From assembly GCF_001447785.1 (NCBI RefSeq), contig NW_015167538.1, positions 1,305,405-1,369,404 on the forward strand: a stretch of DNA of 64,000 nucleotides. Direction: 5' to 3'. The DNA is from Gekko japonicus (Eukaryota). This document shows, piece after piece, positions 10,201-41,851 of this stretch. The position numbers were made by a program, and so were the translations under genes. Each line of letters starts with the position of its first letter. Within the stretch, counting starts at the first letter, position 1. The notes below the pieces were generated by a model. That model was not told where the DNA came from and ran no database searches. It saw only the letters and a list, made by a program, of their open reading frames with translations.

Positions 10201-12973
10201 CCTAATACTGAAGCCTCAGCAGGCACTACATCACCAGCCCCGGCACGGATAACCTCCTTCAACACCCCTCTGTCACCAGTGACATCCTGCATCCGTTGAC
10301 TCAATCGGTGGTAAGGAGACTAGTGGCAGAGGAAACAAAAAGAGGCCAAGCACATAATTAACATGACACATTCCAGAAAGGCAACCTATCAGGTCGTGTT
10401 CACGTCAAGAGGTTGCTCCTCTGTGGATTCAACCTGGAGCAGAGGATCATGTTCTTGAGCAACCGCGACATGACTATTTCCCTTAATTGTCCACTACCCA
10501 GATTTTTCTACTTTGCTGTGACATTTCCAAAAAAATGGCAAAGATCACAAATCAAAGCACGCTTGCACTGTGTGGACAGGAAGGTGAGCATTTTTGCAGG
10601 TCCCACCCGCATCAATGCCATTTTCTTTTCCCCAGGGCCTCCAACCCCCATATCACCAGAGGTCTTTTAAGAAACCAGTAACTGACATACCTCGGTAGTT
10701 TAACACTATAGTGATTAAAAGAATTAAGCTCAGAAAAGTCCTCTGCAGGTACAAGGTGGGCACAGAACAGTCATGGGAAGGGGAGCTGAATCAGAAAAAG
10801 TACAGGGAAAACAGCAGGGTTTTGTCACTGTGAACACTGCAGCTGCAAGAGTTTTGCTGAGAACCATATTCGTTTATTTACTTTATTTATAGCCTGCCTT
10901 TCTGGATGAGACTCAAGGCAGATTACAGAATCTAAAACAGTGCAATCAAACAGCATAAAACAACCAGTGAACAATGCCACTGGACTAGGATTACAGAAGA
11001 AAATAACGTGACAAGCAAAGATCTGAGGCAAGATATACTATAATTCCATTATAGAAAGTGTAATTATCAGCAATCTACATCTGTTGTAGCTGGAACAATG
11101 ACTATTGTTGTGTAAGTGTTCGTGAACTTGAGCCCCCTTCATTGAATGCACAAAGTGTGCCTTCACTTGGCAGGTACATGTACATATGGATGTAAACAGG
11201 TGGGGCAAAAGGCAATGAAACACAAAAGGCGATCTTGAGCTTTTCTGTGCACAGCCCTTTCCAGCTGCAATAGGTGACAACTTTCCCAGACCCACTAAAC
11301 TAATTTAATGCCCATAATGCAATTTTTACAGATTTCTTACACAGCTTTTCAATTTTTAGAGGTATGTCAGCCTAGTTTTCCACTGTGTACCATTATATAT
11401 TCTTTTTCATGGTTGCGCAAATAGAAACAAATAAAAATAGCCAATATATTTGTTTTTGCTTTGCTTATTCATCCTGAGCATTTGGGATGGAGAAGGACAT
11501 ACGTCTTTTAAAAACTGTATTTCCCCACTGCCATGCTGGCTAACAGTGGCAAGCAGCTTCCACGCATCTGGGAATAAGGGGGCCAGTGCAGCAATCAGGT
11601 ATACAAGGAAGCATTTGGACCCACTCCTACTGATCTTTTTAGTTCTATGCAATGAAGAGCTTTACTTTTTGGCTTCTGTTAAAGGGCCTGGAACAGAGCA
11701 GACCACCATCTCTACCCCCACTCAGCTGGCAGAATTTCAGCCTGCTCAGCAGCTGCCAGAAAACAAAAATCTAAAACCAAAAAGTATTTTAGGTATTCAG
11801 TGCTTTGGGTTATAATTCCTCTCCTTTTTTTTTTAAACTCAACATGTTGAGGTGCTTTGCCTTGGAGCCTGTTTCCAGTAACATCAAGTGTTGTGTATAA
11901 AATTCCTTTATTCTCTGTGAAGGGAATCAGCACCTGTCCTTACAAGTCAGAACCAAACCTATCGCATCTCTAAGCACTAACCGCGATGTCTATCTTTCCC
12001 TTGCTCTCCTCAGAGAACAGAGGTCCTATCTGTGAAAATTCATTGATGGGGGAGGAGACATTCTACATATACTCAGAAAGCCACTGTACAGTTTAGATTT
12101 TCACTGCTGTGACCCCAAGAAAGCACTGCTTCTTGCCTGCACACAGTAACTCTCTCCACATGCCTTTTCCCACGAAGAAAACATTTCAAGAGAATAGAAC
12201 CTGTAATATATCTTTCCTTTTGTTCCCGTAGGGACAGTCTACATATGCTCAGAAAAATTACATTGTAGGGTTGCCAATCTCCAGATGGAGCGAAATCTCC
12301 TGAAATTACAAGTGATTTCCAGATTACAAAAATCAGTTCCCCTAGAGAAAATGGCTGCTTTGGAGGATGGACTCAATGACGTGATCATACCCTGTCCCCT
12401 ACTCAACTCTCCCGCTCAAAAACCCAGGATTAAAGGCTGAATGTCCAGGAATTTCCCAACCCAGAGTTGGCAACCCTTCCGTAGGCCCACTGCATGCACG
12501 AACACCCCAAACCAGAAACTGATTCCCTTCACAAAGGAACGGCACTCCTTATATACTCCGTTTTACCAGTGGGTCTGATTTGTGGAAATGGAGTGCCTTT
12601 TCTCTGTCCATAAAATGACGCTTAGCTCATACGGAACGGACCCGAAAACTCAGTTCCTTCTATTTGGTGAGGAAGAGGCTCCGTGAGCGGGCAGAAAACT
12701 TTTCCAGGAAGCAGTTTACCCCCACAGGACCTTTTGGCAAAAACACTTTGCACATGCTCAGCCATACAAGAAAGGCGGGGGGGTGGACAAGAGATGCACT
12801 CTGCACGAGCTTTGGGGCGCCGAGCTCAAGATTTCTGTCCTCCCCAAACGTATTCGTTTTTCGCGCCTGTTATCACCCCTCACCACGACGTCGCCTTCAC
12901 CGTCTTCCGCCGGCGGACAAGCCCCATTGCGCTTCTCGCGGCCCCACCCGCCCCATCTCTCGCCGGCCTCCAT
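7040..12973 (-). CDS. FKBP6: FKBP6 (inactive peptidyl-prolyl isomerase / piRNA-pathway co-chaperone), 5' part; coding exons 12884-12973, 10202-10319, 8063-8152, 7040-7242; TPR exons not found in window
   Basis: Spliced translation ...SPYHRLSQRMQDVTGDRGVLKEVIRAGAG...KFSGYLEHMDRPFD...GELARFLF..YAFG..GCPPLIPPNATVLFEIELLDFLD matches the FKBP6 FKBP domain as recalled; all GT-AG, phases 0/1/1/0 consistent. Confidence 0.95.
8063..8152 (-). CDS. FKBP6: FKBP6 exon 3
   Basis: 90 nt, KFSGYLEHMDRPFDTNCFKKNLRLMKLGE, CAG/GTGAGT. Confidence 0.95.
8740..9345 (+). mobile_element. L2 LINE 3' fragment
   Basis: ORF2 C-terminus RARAFSAAAPVWWNELP...FRRACKMELF; tail CCCTGAGCC..GGGAGGGCG..(TAAA)n. Confidence 0.85.
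10202..10319 (-). CDS. FKBP6: FKBP6 exon 2
   Basis: 118 nt, TAG acceptor/GTGAA donor, SPYHRLSQRMQDVTGDRGVLKEVIRAG. Confidence 0.95.
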
Positions 12974-13200
12974 CTCGCTCCCTCAGACCGCCTGCCCCGT
13001 TTCCCGCGCCTCTGAAGTAGCACGCGCTAATCTCAACCCGCCCCCTTGAGATACTCGCCCAATGGGCACGCCAGGCAGATGCTAGCCACGCCCCCTCCAC
13101 CAACAAGCCGCATCCCGTAACCCGTTGCTTCCCTGTGTATGCTGGGACGTGTAGGTCTTTGGGCCGCCTTCTTTTCAGTCGCCGAACGGCCTCAGTTATT
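12750..13200 (-). promoter_or_regulatory. FKBP6 CpG-island promoter
   Basis: CpG-dense; CCAAT 13059-13063, GC boxes, E2F-type TTTCCCGC 13000-13007, MYB-type YAACKG matches. Confidence 0.7.
12884..12973 (-). CDS. FKBP6: FKBP6 exon 1 (MEAGERW...EGDVV)
   Basis: ATG in CpG island, 90 nt, GTGAG donor, phase 0 matches exon 2. Confidence 0.75.
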
Positions 13201-13253
13201 AAACTAAACAATTGAGAAATGCAAAGTATAGTAATAAACAGTATCACACTTAT

Positions 13254-13615
13254 AGGTAAAGGTAAAGGTTCCCTTGCTCGAAAGCCAGTCGAATCCGACT
13301 CTAGGGTTGCGGTGCTCATCCTGGCTCATCTCCGTTTCAAAGCCGAAGAGCCAGCGCTGTCCGAAGACGTTTCCGTGGTCATGTGGCCGACATGACTAAA
13401 CACCAAGGCGCACGGAACGCTGTTACCTTCCCACCGAAGAGGTACCTATTTATCTACTTGCAATTTCTTGCTTTCGAACTGCTAGGTTGGCAGGAGCTGG
13501 AACTAGAGATGGGAGCTCACTCCATCATGCGGCACGCGGGTCTCGAACTGCTGAACTACTGACCTTCCACAGCCTGCAGTTCAGCGTCTTAACCACTTGA
13601 TCCACCGCAGCTCCT
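13254..13615 (-). mobile_element. Sauria SINE
   Basis: (ACCTTT)n tail on - strand, TTACCTTCCCACCGAAG..GTACCTATTTATCTACT core; near-identical to 29688 copy. Confidence 0.85.
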
Positions 13616-16606
13616 ATCACACTTACAGAAGATAGAATTTGGAAAAGATTTTCTGTTCGGAAAAAATACCTCTTGCACCAAGTGCTTCTGAGCAGGCCTC
13701 CTGATAAACATGGGCATGTTGACTGCCTCTTTCCATACTTTATCTTCCTGTAGTTTTTTAGGACAGCCCTGAAAAAGTGGATTGAAAGGGAGGGAGCGTC
13801 TTGTCTTAGTTTAGAGCAGTGGTTCTTAAACTTTAATTCACTGCTGCGCCACCAACAGGATGCAACATCATCATCACACCAGCATGTTTATTTATTTGAC
13901 TGACTTATTTTGTTTGGATCCAGCAATGCTTGAGTGGAAAGGAAAATTAATACAAGCACATTTCCACTTTTTGCATTGCGCAAACGCTGAAGTAACACAT
14001 AGTACACCGAGTCCTGTTTTCAATGGCTGCTGGCTTTAACTGGTTGACCTATGGTGCTTATTTCCTTTCCCTTTTTCTTCTTGTGTTTTGTCCTGCTTTT
14101 TTGTATTACGATTTTAACTGGTGTTTGTTCTTAGCTGCTCTGTTTTTTAGTGTTACTGATGTTTAAAATTGCTTTTAGTTTTAGCTGGTCAGGTCCATTT
14201 CTATAATTTGTTGGTTTGTCACATGGCTTGTTTGAACTGAACTGAACTGTACTGTTGTGTGTTGCTTCAGGCAATTGTGGCACAGAAGTGGTATTTAAAT
14301 ACCCTAATAAATAAAAGGTGTGGAAACATGTCAACTATTTTGTGTCCTGCCCTTTCAAGAAAGTGACATACACATATTTTTCAAGTTGTTCTAGTTGTCA
14401 GTCCCAAACATCTTCACTCCGTGTGTGTGTACTGTATACCATCATTCTTGATTACGTTTTCTGGCTTGAGCCAGGTGTGATATTACACTCCAGCTAGGGT
14501 TGCCAGGCCTGGAAATCAGCAGGAGACTGGGGAAGAACATGTGTGGGTGTCAGTGACAGTGTGATATCACACCTCTCTAGGGATCACCAGAAACCCTAAG
14601 GTAAAACTTTCCCCTGAAATAGGGCTGCCAACTCCAGGTTGGGAAATTTCTGGAGGTTTGGGGGTGGAGGCTGGAGAATGCAAGGACCTCCATACACACC
14701 CACCTTCCAAAGCAGCCATTTTCTCCAACAGAACTGACCTCCATGGTCTGGAGATCATTTGTAATTTCCGGTGATCTCCTGGTCCCATCTGGAAGTTGGC
14801 AACCTTCCCTTGAAGAATGAATAAATGAAAAGAGTGGATGCCCTTGAAGCATCCACCACCACCATCACTTCCATAGTTTTGTGTGTCTCTGGATCCTTTC
14901 CCACAACAGGCATCTGGGCTTGCCAAATGAGTGACTAATTTGCTCATTTCCAAAGAAATTGAGTTAATGATTAATCTGAAAACTCACACAGGACTTGATC
15001 TGTTGTTTTTTTAACCCAAATATAGAAATGTACCATAACATGCTCACAATTCCAGTATATCATACTTGTAAAATATGAATTATCACTATTATTTATAGTT
15101 ATAATGCTAGATATGCACACATCCATGGAGTTTTAAGTGTAAGGTTACCCAGACATTGGTTGTACAGCTGAGAAACGGATATTATTTTAATCATTGTGTA
15201 ATCATCTGAAAAAATAGGCATCATTTTACAAAAAGTTGTGGCTTAAGGCCATTGTGAAATTTATTACACTGAATCACATGCAAAAGGAGCCTGAGTTAAA
15301 AATCAACACTCATCAATTTCTTTGAAATGCTAAATTTTATTTCACATCCTTAGACCCCCTTTCCAGGGCCTCCAAGGCAGCTTACAATATGATACAGACT
15401 ATTTTACGATACGACATTGAGATCCACGAAATTAACAACCAAAGCAGATACAATTACCAAAGTATAAAGAAAGAAGCAGACCTAAGAACCATTTTATTCA
15501 GCCACCAATTGCTCAAATGCCTTTGGAAATCAAAAGGTCTTGGTCCAAGTAGAAGTCTGAAGAGGACGTGAAGCTCCCAAATGGGCAGATGCCATCCTTG
15601 AAAATATCCAGTCACTGCTTGCAGTTTAGTCTCTGGACAGCAAACAATCCTGCAATGTTTGCTAGGTTGGAATTTATCCAGCCAGAGGACAGCAAACACA
15701 CCAGTCATTCATCTCTAGTGGCTCAGTCAAGCTATTTCTCAAGGGAGATGTTCATACACCCATTACTTTTATTCTGGGCTTCCTGAAGAGCCTGTAGCTC
15801 AGTGGTAGAACCAGATTCAGCCCCTGCCATCTCCACTTAAAGGACTGCAGTTGAAAAGGACCCTTTTGTACCTGAGAGTCTGGAGAACCACTGCCAGTTG
15901 ATGTCTTACTAGATATGTCATGTATACTTATATCGACCTGTAACTACTGTGTCTGTCTGTGCAAGCAGGTCTTCATCTTTGTCCTTTTTCTTTGCCCACA
16001 CTTAGTCTCTGTTCTCACATTCCCCTTGTTAGTATGATTGCTCACCCGTGTGTGTAGGGCTGGCAAAACTCCACCATACAGTACTGACTGTACATTTAAA
16101 CTAGTTGAGAAGCCTGAATAGCCCAGCTTAGTCCAGGCTCATCAGAGCTTGGGAATGAAGTAAGGTCGGCCACAGTCAGTCCTCAGATAGGAAACTACCA
16201 AGGAAGACTGAGTTACTGTGTGGAGGAAGAAAATGGCAAACCGCCTCTGCTCGTCTCTTGCCTGGAACACCCTGTGGCTGGAGTCACCATGAGTCTGTTG
16301 TGACTCAATATCACGTTATTATTATTCTTCCACTAGCTGACCTATGTTTTTGTCCACCCTGTTTGCTTTTCATAAGGGCCACTGAAGGAGGTGTACCAAT
16401 GACGGCATTTTTATGTTTCAGGTTCAGTGTGGGATTATGGGGCAAGTGGGTATTGTCAATGAGAGGGGTGTCAAATAATGGATGCACGCATACAAAAATG
16501 CGAACTTACTGTCGTTGCATGCGCAACAAGTACCCGTGGAGTAAGAAAACACTCATTTACACAAGGATAATGTCATGTCTGGCACACAGGCACATTCACT
16601 AAATGC

Positions 16607-17010
16607 CAAGGGTCATTTTGTAGAAAAAGAGGTGCAGGCGCTCATTAGCATAACTTTTTTGCATATGCCACACCCCCTGACATCACCGGAAGTGTGTCAG
16701 AAGGCAACACCCACCGCTCAGGCTCCACTGGACTGTTTTGGATTGCTAGCTATTGGGGGGTGGGGGAACGTGCAGATCTGTCCTCGCAGAGGAGGGAGAG
16801 CTTGTACCTGAATAAAACTTGGTCTTAAAGGTGCCACTGGACTGTTTTGGGTCGGGGGGCCGGGGGGAGCTCTGCAGCTTACCTGGCTGCTTCTTGCTCT
16901 GACTGAGGGCTGCTGGGAGCAGGGGGTGGGGCTTGTTGCATGTGCCCACCCCCTGAGCTCCTTACTGCTGGAGCTCCGCTCCTGTGCGCTCCTGCAGGAA
17001 ATGACCCCTG
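16607..17010. mobile_element. hAT-type MITE (TIR CAGGGGTCATTT)
   Basis: 8-bp TSD CTAAATGC; second copy 21941-22341. Confidence 0.85.
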
Positions 17011-17814
17011 CTAAATGCAAAGTCCTCAGGACCACCTGGGCCATTTCACTGGAAGCTGAAGCCCTTTCTCCATGCACACCAAAGTCACAATTGGACTATA
17101 TGGGGAGGGCAGGATTCAGGGTAAGAAGGGACCTCAGCAGGGCACAATGCCAAAGAGTCCACCCTCCAAAGCAGCCATTTTCTCCAGGAAAACTGATCTC
17201 TATTTTCTGGAGATCAACTGTAACTCCAGGAGATCCCCAGGCCCCACCTGGAGGTTAATACAAAAACTGAGGGTCACAGTGTTAGGAAGACATACAAAAA
17301 TATATATCACTGTGTACAATAAATATCTGTTTATGATAAAACAATTGTATGCTTTATTCTTTGTATATTTTTCAATACTGTTGTCTAAATAGTGGTATCA
17401 AATATTATCAAAAATATATTTCACCCAAACAATACATAAGAGAAAAATATGCTTTCAGATTTGCAGCCACCTGATAGAATTTGAAAGATATGCTGTCTTA
17501 GATAGGTTATTATGTTTGCTGCAAGGGTTCTGATGGGAGCCTAGACAATGCTGCTATCTCAAGAGCTTTTGTGCTCACAAAGAAAAATTATTGTGCCTTA
17601 TGTCCTTTATATATACATCACAGTCCTTGAAAAAGATTCATTCGAAACGGGTAAATTACCAGAGTCCCATAGGACTAGTGAAAGTGTTACCGACAAGGTG
17701 CTGTCTAAATATAAACCTGCACTCAATGTATTTTTTCGAAGGCTTTCACGGCTGGAGTTCATTAGTTGCTGTAGATTTTCTGGATTGTGTGGCCATGGTC
17801 TTGGCATTGTAGAA

Positions 17815-17855
17815 CCTGACGTTTCGCCAGTAGCTGTGACTGGCATCCTCAGAGG
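17815..17855 (-). ncRNA. Minimal type I hammerhead ribozyme motif (Penelope pLTR), intact core
   Basis: CCT-CTGAGGA-T-GCCAGT..ACTGGC-GAAAC-GTC-AGG: CUGANGA and GAAA boxes, stem II, GUC cleavage triplet. Confidence 0.75.
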
Positions 17856-18549
17856 AATAACACAGAAAGATGGAGTACTCTCTGTGTCAAGGTGAGAAGA
17901 AAATGGTAGGCAGGTAATTTATATTTACTCTAGAAGGTGGGGGAGGGCTGAGTCATTATCTTGTTGGAGTTCTCCAGGCTATGAACATGCTAATGGAGGA
18001 GCTTTCCTGAGGAGGCTCTTTTGTATATGGATTGTTTCCTGAGGAGGTTTCCTGAGGAGGCTACAATCGGCAAAAGACAGAAGAGACCCCCTCACTTCTC
18101 CAGGAGTATACCGCATACCATGCAGTTGTGGACAGGTTTACATCGGGACCACACAGTGTAGCATTCAGACAAGAATAAAAGAACATGAAAGACACTGCAG
18201 ACTTGCCCAACCTGAAAGATCAGCAGTGGCTGAACATAGCCTAAGTCAAACAGGACACAGTATTTTGTTCCAAGACACTGAAAGGCTAGATGACACTTCC
18301 AATTACCATGTCAGATTACACAGGGAAACCACTGAAATTCATAAACATAAGCACAATTTCAACAGGAAAGAAGAGAGTTTAAAAATAAATAGGGCATGGT
18401 TTCCTGTCCTGAAAAACACAAAAGTCTCTACATCTGACAATAGCACTACGGACTCAGCCCTCCCCCACCTTCTGGAGTAGATATAAATTACCTGCCTACC
18501 ATTTTCTTCTCACCTTGACACAGAGAGTACTCCATCCTTCTGTGTTATA

Positions 18550-18590
18550 CCTCTGAGAATGCCAGTCACAGTTACTGGCGAAACGTCAGG
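18550..18590 (+). ncRNA. Hammerhead ribozyme motif, mutated core (CTGAGAA)
   Basis: Same architecture as 17815-17855 but G8 to A. Confidence 0.6.
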
Positions 18591-19358
18591 TTCTGCAATG
18601 GCAAGACCGTGGCCACACAACCCGGAAAATCTGCAGCAACTAATGAACTCGATGTATTGTTTGGGTGAAATATATTTTTGATAATATTTGATACCAATAT
18701 TTAGACAACAGTATAGAAAAAGATAAAAAGAAAAAGAATAAAGCATGAAATTGTTTTTACCATAAACATATATTTATTGTACACAGTGATATACATTTCT
18801 GTATGCCCACCTGGAGGTTGGCAATCCTACAGACAAGCAGGAAGTTGACCCTGAGGGTAATGGACTGACGCTCTGCCTCTGCACAAGGCAACTTCCAATG
18901 TTCAAAACAGGTATAAAATATCAACAGAAACATACAGAGCTATTCAAATAACAAGGTAGTCCAATGCACAACAGTGCTGGGGCGGCGCATATGGAACCTT
19001 TATATTAAATTATATCTTCCACCTTAAATCTTCCCAGCCCTGCTGCTTGCTCCAGGAATGCTTGATTTAGCGTCTTAAAACCAAAAAAACCCTGCTATTT
19101 CCATTGCTAAAAGCAAAAATGGCAACGCATTCTCTAACAGGCCTCTTGAACTCAAGCTGTGCTTGTGAATTGCCACCCACCCCTCCTGAGTGTATAACAA
19201 ATGTTCTGTCTCAGCGAGAAGCTATTAAACTGAGCTAGCGGCGTGACAAGAGGCCAGAGAGCCATACGCGGGGTGTCACACCGATGGCAACACGAAGCTG
19301 CTCCACACTTGGGGCGTGCCTGTCTCGGCAACAAGTAGGAACATACCAGCTATGAGCT

Positions 19359-31407
<12,049 letters not shown>

Positions 31408-31716
31408 TCAAATGACCTTAGCTGGAAACCCCCAGATATCGAGACCGGGAATGGCTTTTCCCTGTTGCGTCCAATGGGCAGATCCTCTGCAATGACAATG
31501 GATAAGATTAAGGGTAAAGAAGTAATGCAGTCTTTGAAGTAAGAAGACAGTGCTTTTGAGCATGCCTGTGTGCAGAACGAAAGCGAACGTGAGACTGGAT
31601 GGGCGGGGGGCAAAGATCACAAGAAGAAAGTTAAGAGAAGCATAAAAAGACAGTCAGAGAGGGGATTGGACGGGCAGAGCTGACACTAATGACACTCTGA
31701 CACAAAGAGGTCCAGG

Positions 31717-31760
31717 NNNNNNNNNNNNNNNNNNNNNNNNNNNNNNNNNNNNNNNNNNNN
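31717..31760. other. Assembly gap (N run)
   Basis: 44 N. Confidence 1.
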
Positions 31761-32689
31761 GTTGAAGATCTGTTCTCTGCTCTGAAAGGCTTTTTATCCC
31801 CCATCCAAGATGCACTTGGCAGCTGGCTGAGAAGAGAAATGCTTTCTGTGCATACTCTACACAGGCTGTCCCACATCTATGTTCACTTTACTTGTTCCAG
31901 GGCTGAGCTAGTAGCAGTTTCTCTCAGTTGGACCTACCTCACACTGCTGTTGGGAGAATAAACTAAGGGAGGGGAAAACCACATCTGCCACCCTGAGCTC
32001 TTTAGAAGGAGTATAGGCTAAAAAGTCACAACAGATATGATTTCAGCCTCAGCCATTGTACCAGCAGTAATTAAATGTCATATTACCCCCGGTCAGGTAG
32101 AATTCCTCTGCGAGCACATGCAAGTCCAGCCATACTTTAAATTACTGTTCACCTCCTTTCTAGTGTAAGCGTTAGCAAATATAAGGGTTGGGCTCACCTT
32201 CTGGTGTTCAGATTGCCTATTCCCTGGTCACCCTCCTTCTCCCGTCTGCCATGCTTGAGGAAAAGGCAGTGCTAACAGTGTTTGATTGCAGTATTTCTCA
32301 ACTTGATGGCTGGCCAGTGGTCTCGAAACAGCAGATGCCAGGAAAGTATAACCCACAATGGAAATCTGGCCCTGCCAAATTTGCTCCGCCTAAAGGAGAA
32401 CCTCAGCAAGGTGTGTTCTGCGTTTCTTTACTTCACCTTGAGGGCAGCCCCCTGACAGCCATACAACCTTTTCTCATATGCACCAATCCTTGGACCTTTT
32501 AAGAGGCAACTCCCTCAGCCACGCCTCTCTTCCCCAGCCTGTTGTGGGTCCAAGCCTACCGAAAATCACTCCTCACATGTATGTGCTCTTATTGTTAAAA
32601 TGAACTTTGCAAAACAAACTTCCACACCCACATGTGGCTATACAAAACATTGTCCACTTTATTGGTGTTGCTCATGAAAGCTTGTATTT

Positions 32690-32905
32690 AGGGGTGCCAA
32701 CTCTGGCTTGGCAAATTTCTGGAGATTTGGAGTTGATGCCTGGAGAGGGTGGAGTCTGAGGAGGGAAGGAATTCAGCAGAGATGTAATGCCATAGAGTCC
32801 GCCCTCTGAAGCTGCCATTTCCTCCAGAGGAACTGATCTCTGTAGTTTATAGATAGGTTGTAATTTTGTGAGAACTCCAGGCCTCATCTGAAGGTTGGCA
32901 ACCCT
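32690..32905. mobile_element. TAGGGTTGCCA-type hAT MITE; related copies ~12266-12477, 14620-14806, 17105-17256, 23937-24181, 33213-33413
   Basis: TAGGG(G/T)TGCCA...TGGCAACCCT termini and shared body GCCATTTTCTCCAG.GGAACTGATCTC. Confidence 0.75.
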
Positions 32906-34199
32906 GAGTTGCAATGGGTTTTGTTTGCATTTAAGGTGATATAGGTTTCTTGGTGAACCCTATAACTCATTAGCCAGCCAGTGAGCTGATTAATAGTGAT
33001 TCAGATACTTATTTACTCATTTTGAGACAAAAGGGAAAATCCCATGGCCGATTTGAGGTTGCGCGTGTTTGGCTCCATATCTGGGCCAGCCCTCAAGCTT
33101 CCTCAGGGACTCCCAATGAGAAGCACAGAAAAAGAAAAGGACTGTATTTGTCTTGGAAGCCCTGTGCAATGTCTTTTTGCCTTTCTGTGGGTACTGAGCT
33201 GCTGATATCTACTAGGAATGCCAGGCTCCAGGTGGGACCTGGGGATCTCCCAGAATTACAGCTCATCTCCAGATGACAGAGATCAGTTCCCCTGGAGAAA
33301 ATGAATGCTTTGGAGGGTGGACTCTACAGCATTGTACCCCACTGAGGTCCCTGTCCTCCCCAGGCTCCCCCCCGAAATCTCTAGGGGCCTCCCAACCTGA
33401 ATCTGGCAACCCTACCCTCCACTAGTGGCCGGGGAGGGGGGGGGAACCTGGGGAACCTACTATCAGGCAACTACATGCCCCTACTGTGTCCCAGAAGGCA
33501 ACTGAGTACTTAAGGTGACCGATGCAGCCTACTATAGTCTGAAACAGCCAATAAAAAAAGGTATCAGGCAACTAAAACAAGTACATAGAGAGATGAGCCA
33601 TAATTGGAGACCCGGTTAAAAATGGAAATTCCCAGAACTGTATACTGTAGATTTTAAACACAAATGCCACGCTGCATACAGTAGATTTTAAGTATAAATA
33701 CTACACAGCAGCTCCTTACCCTATACTTTTTAAACACACACACATAAAACACATAAATGCCAGAAAACTGCCCTTTTTACACTGTGTAACCCCTGAAGAA
33801 ACAATAGAGTCCACCCGCCTCTTTAAGTCTCGCGATGCTCCCTCCAGTTCTAGCCACAAGGCTTCAAGCACCGCCCCCGAGCGCTTGGTTTGCTCCTTCT
33901 CAGTTCGCGCCGCCCACTAGCTTTAGTCCGTGAGGGCCAATCACTGACTCGTGTGACGCTCACCCGTTCCCCTACGCGGCTTCATGTACTCTGTACACAT
34001 GCGCAATCTCTGCCGGTACTTCTCTAAACGCTTTTAAGTATCGTCACACATGTGCGACTTCTACTTTGGGGAATAGCCAATACACGTTGGGGAACCGGCG
34101 CCTGCGCAACATGGTTTCTGAACCCTTGCAGGCTCTTTCGGTATTTGACGCGTGCCTCTGGAGCATTTCGGGTCTTCCTAAAGGAGTGGTGGGCTTACA

Positions 34200-41758
<7,559 letters not shown>

Positions 41759-41845
41759 GCTTGTTTCTGGAGCCAGATGAGACCAAGACTGCCTGTATGA
41801 ACTCCAGCATGGTGGGCTGAGACAGTGAAGAGAGCTTGTAGCTGT

Positions 41846-41851
41846 AATAAA
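41846..41851 (+). terminator. NSUN5 polyadenylation signal AATAAA
   Basis: First AATAAA after the exon 10 stop. Confidence 0.55.

Larger units (their letters stand above)
17733..18650 (+). mobile_element. Penelope-like element remnant: inverted pLTR arms around a GIY-YIG endonuclease fragment
   Basis: GVYRIPCSCGQVYIGTT..RIKEHERHCR..SAVAEH translation from ~18095; arms 17755-17954 and 18451-18650 are reverse complements. Confidence 0.9.
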
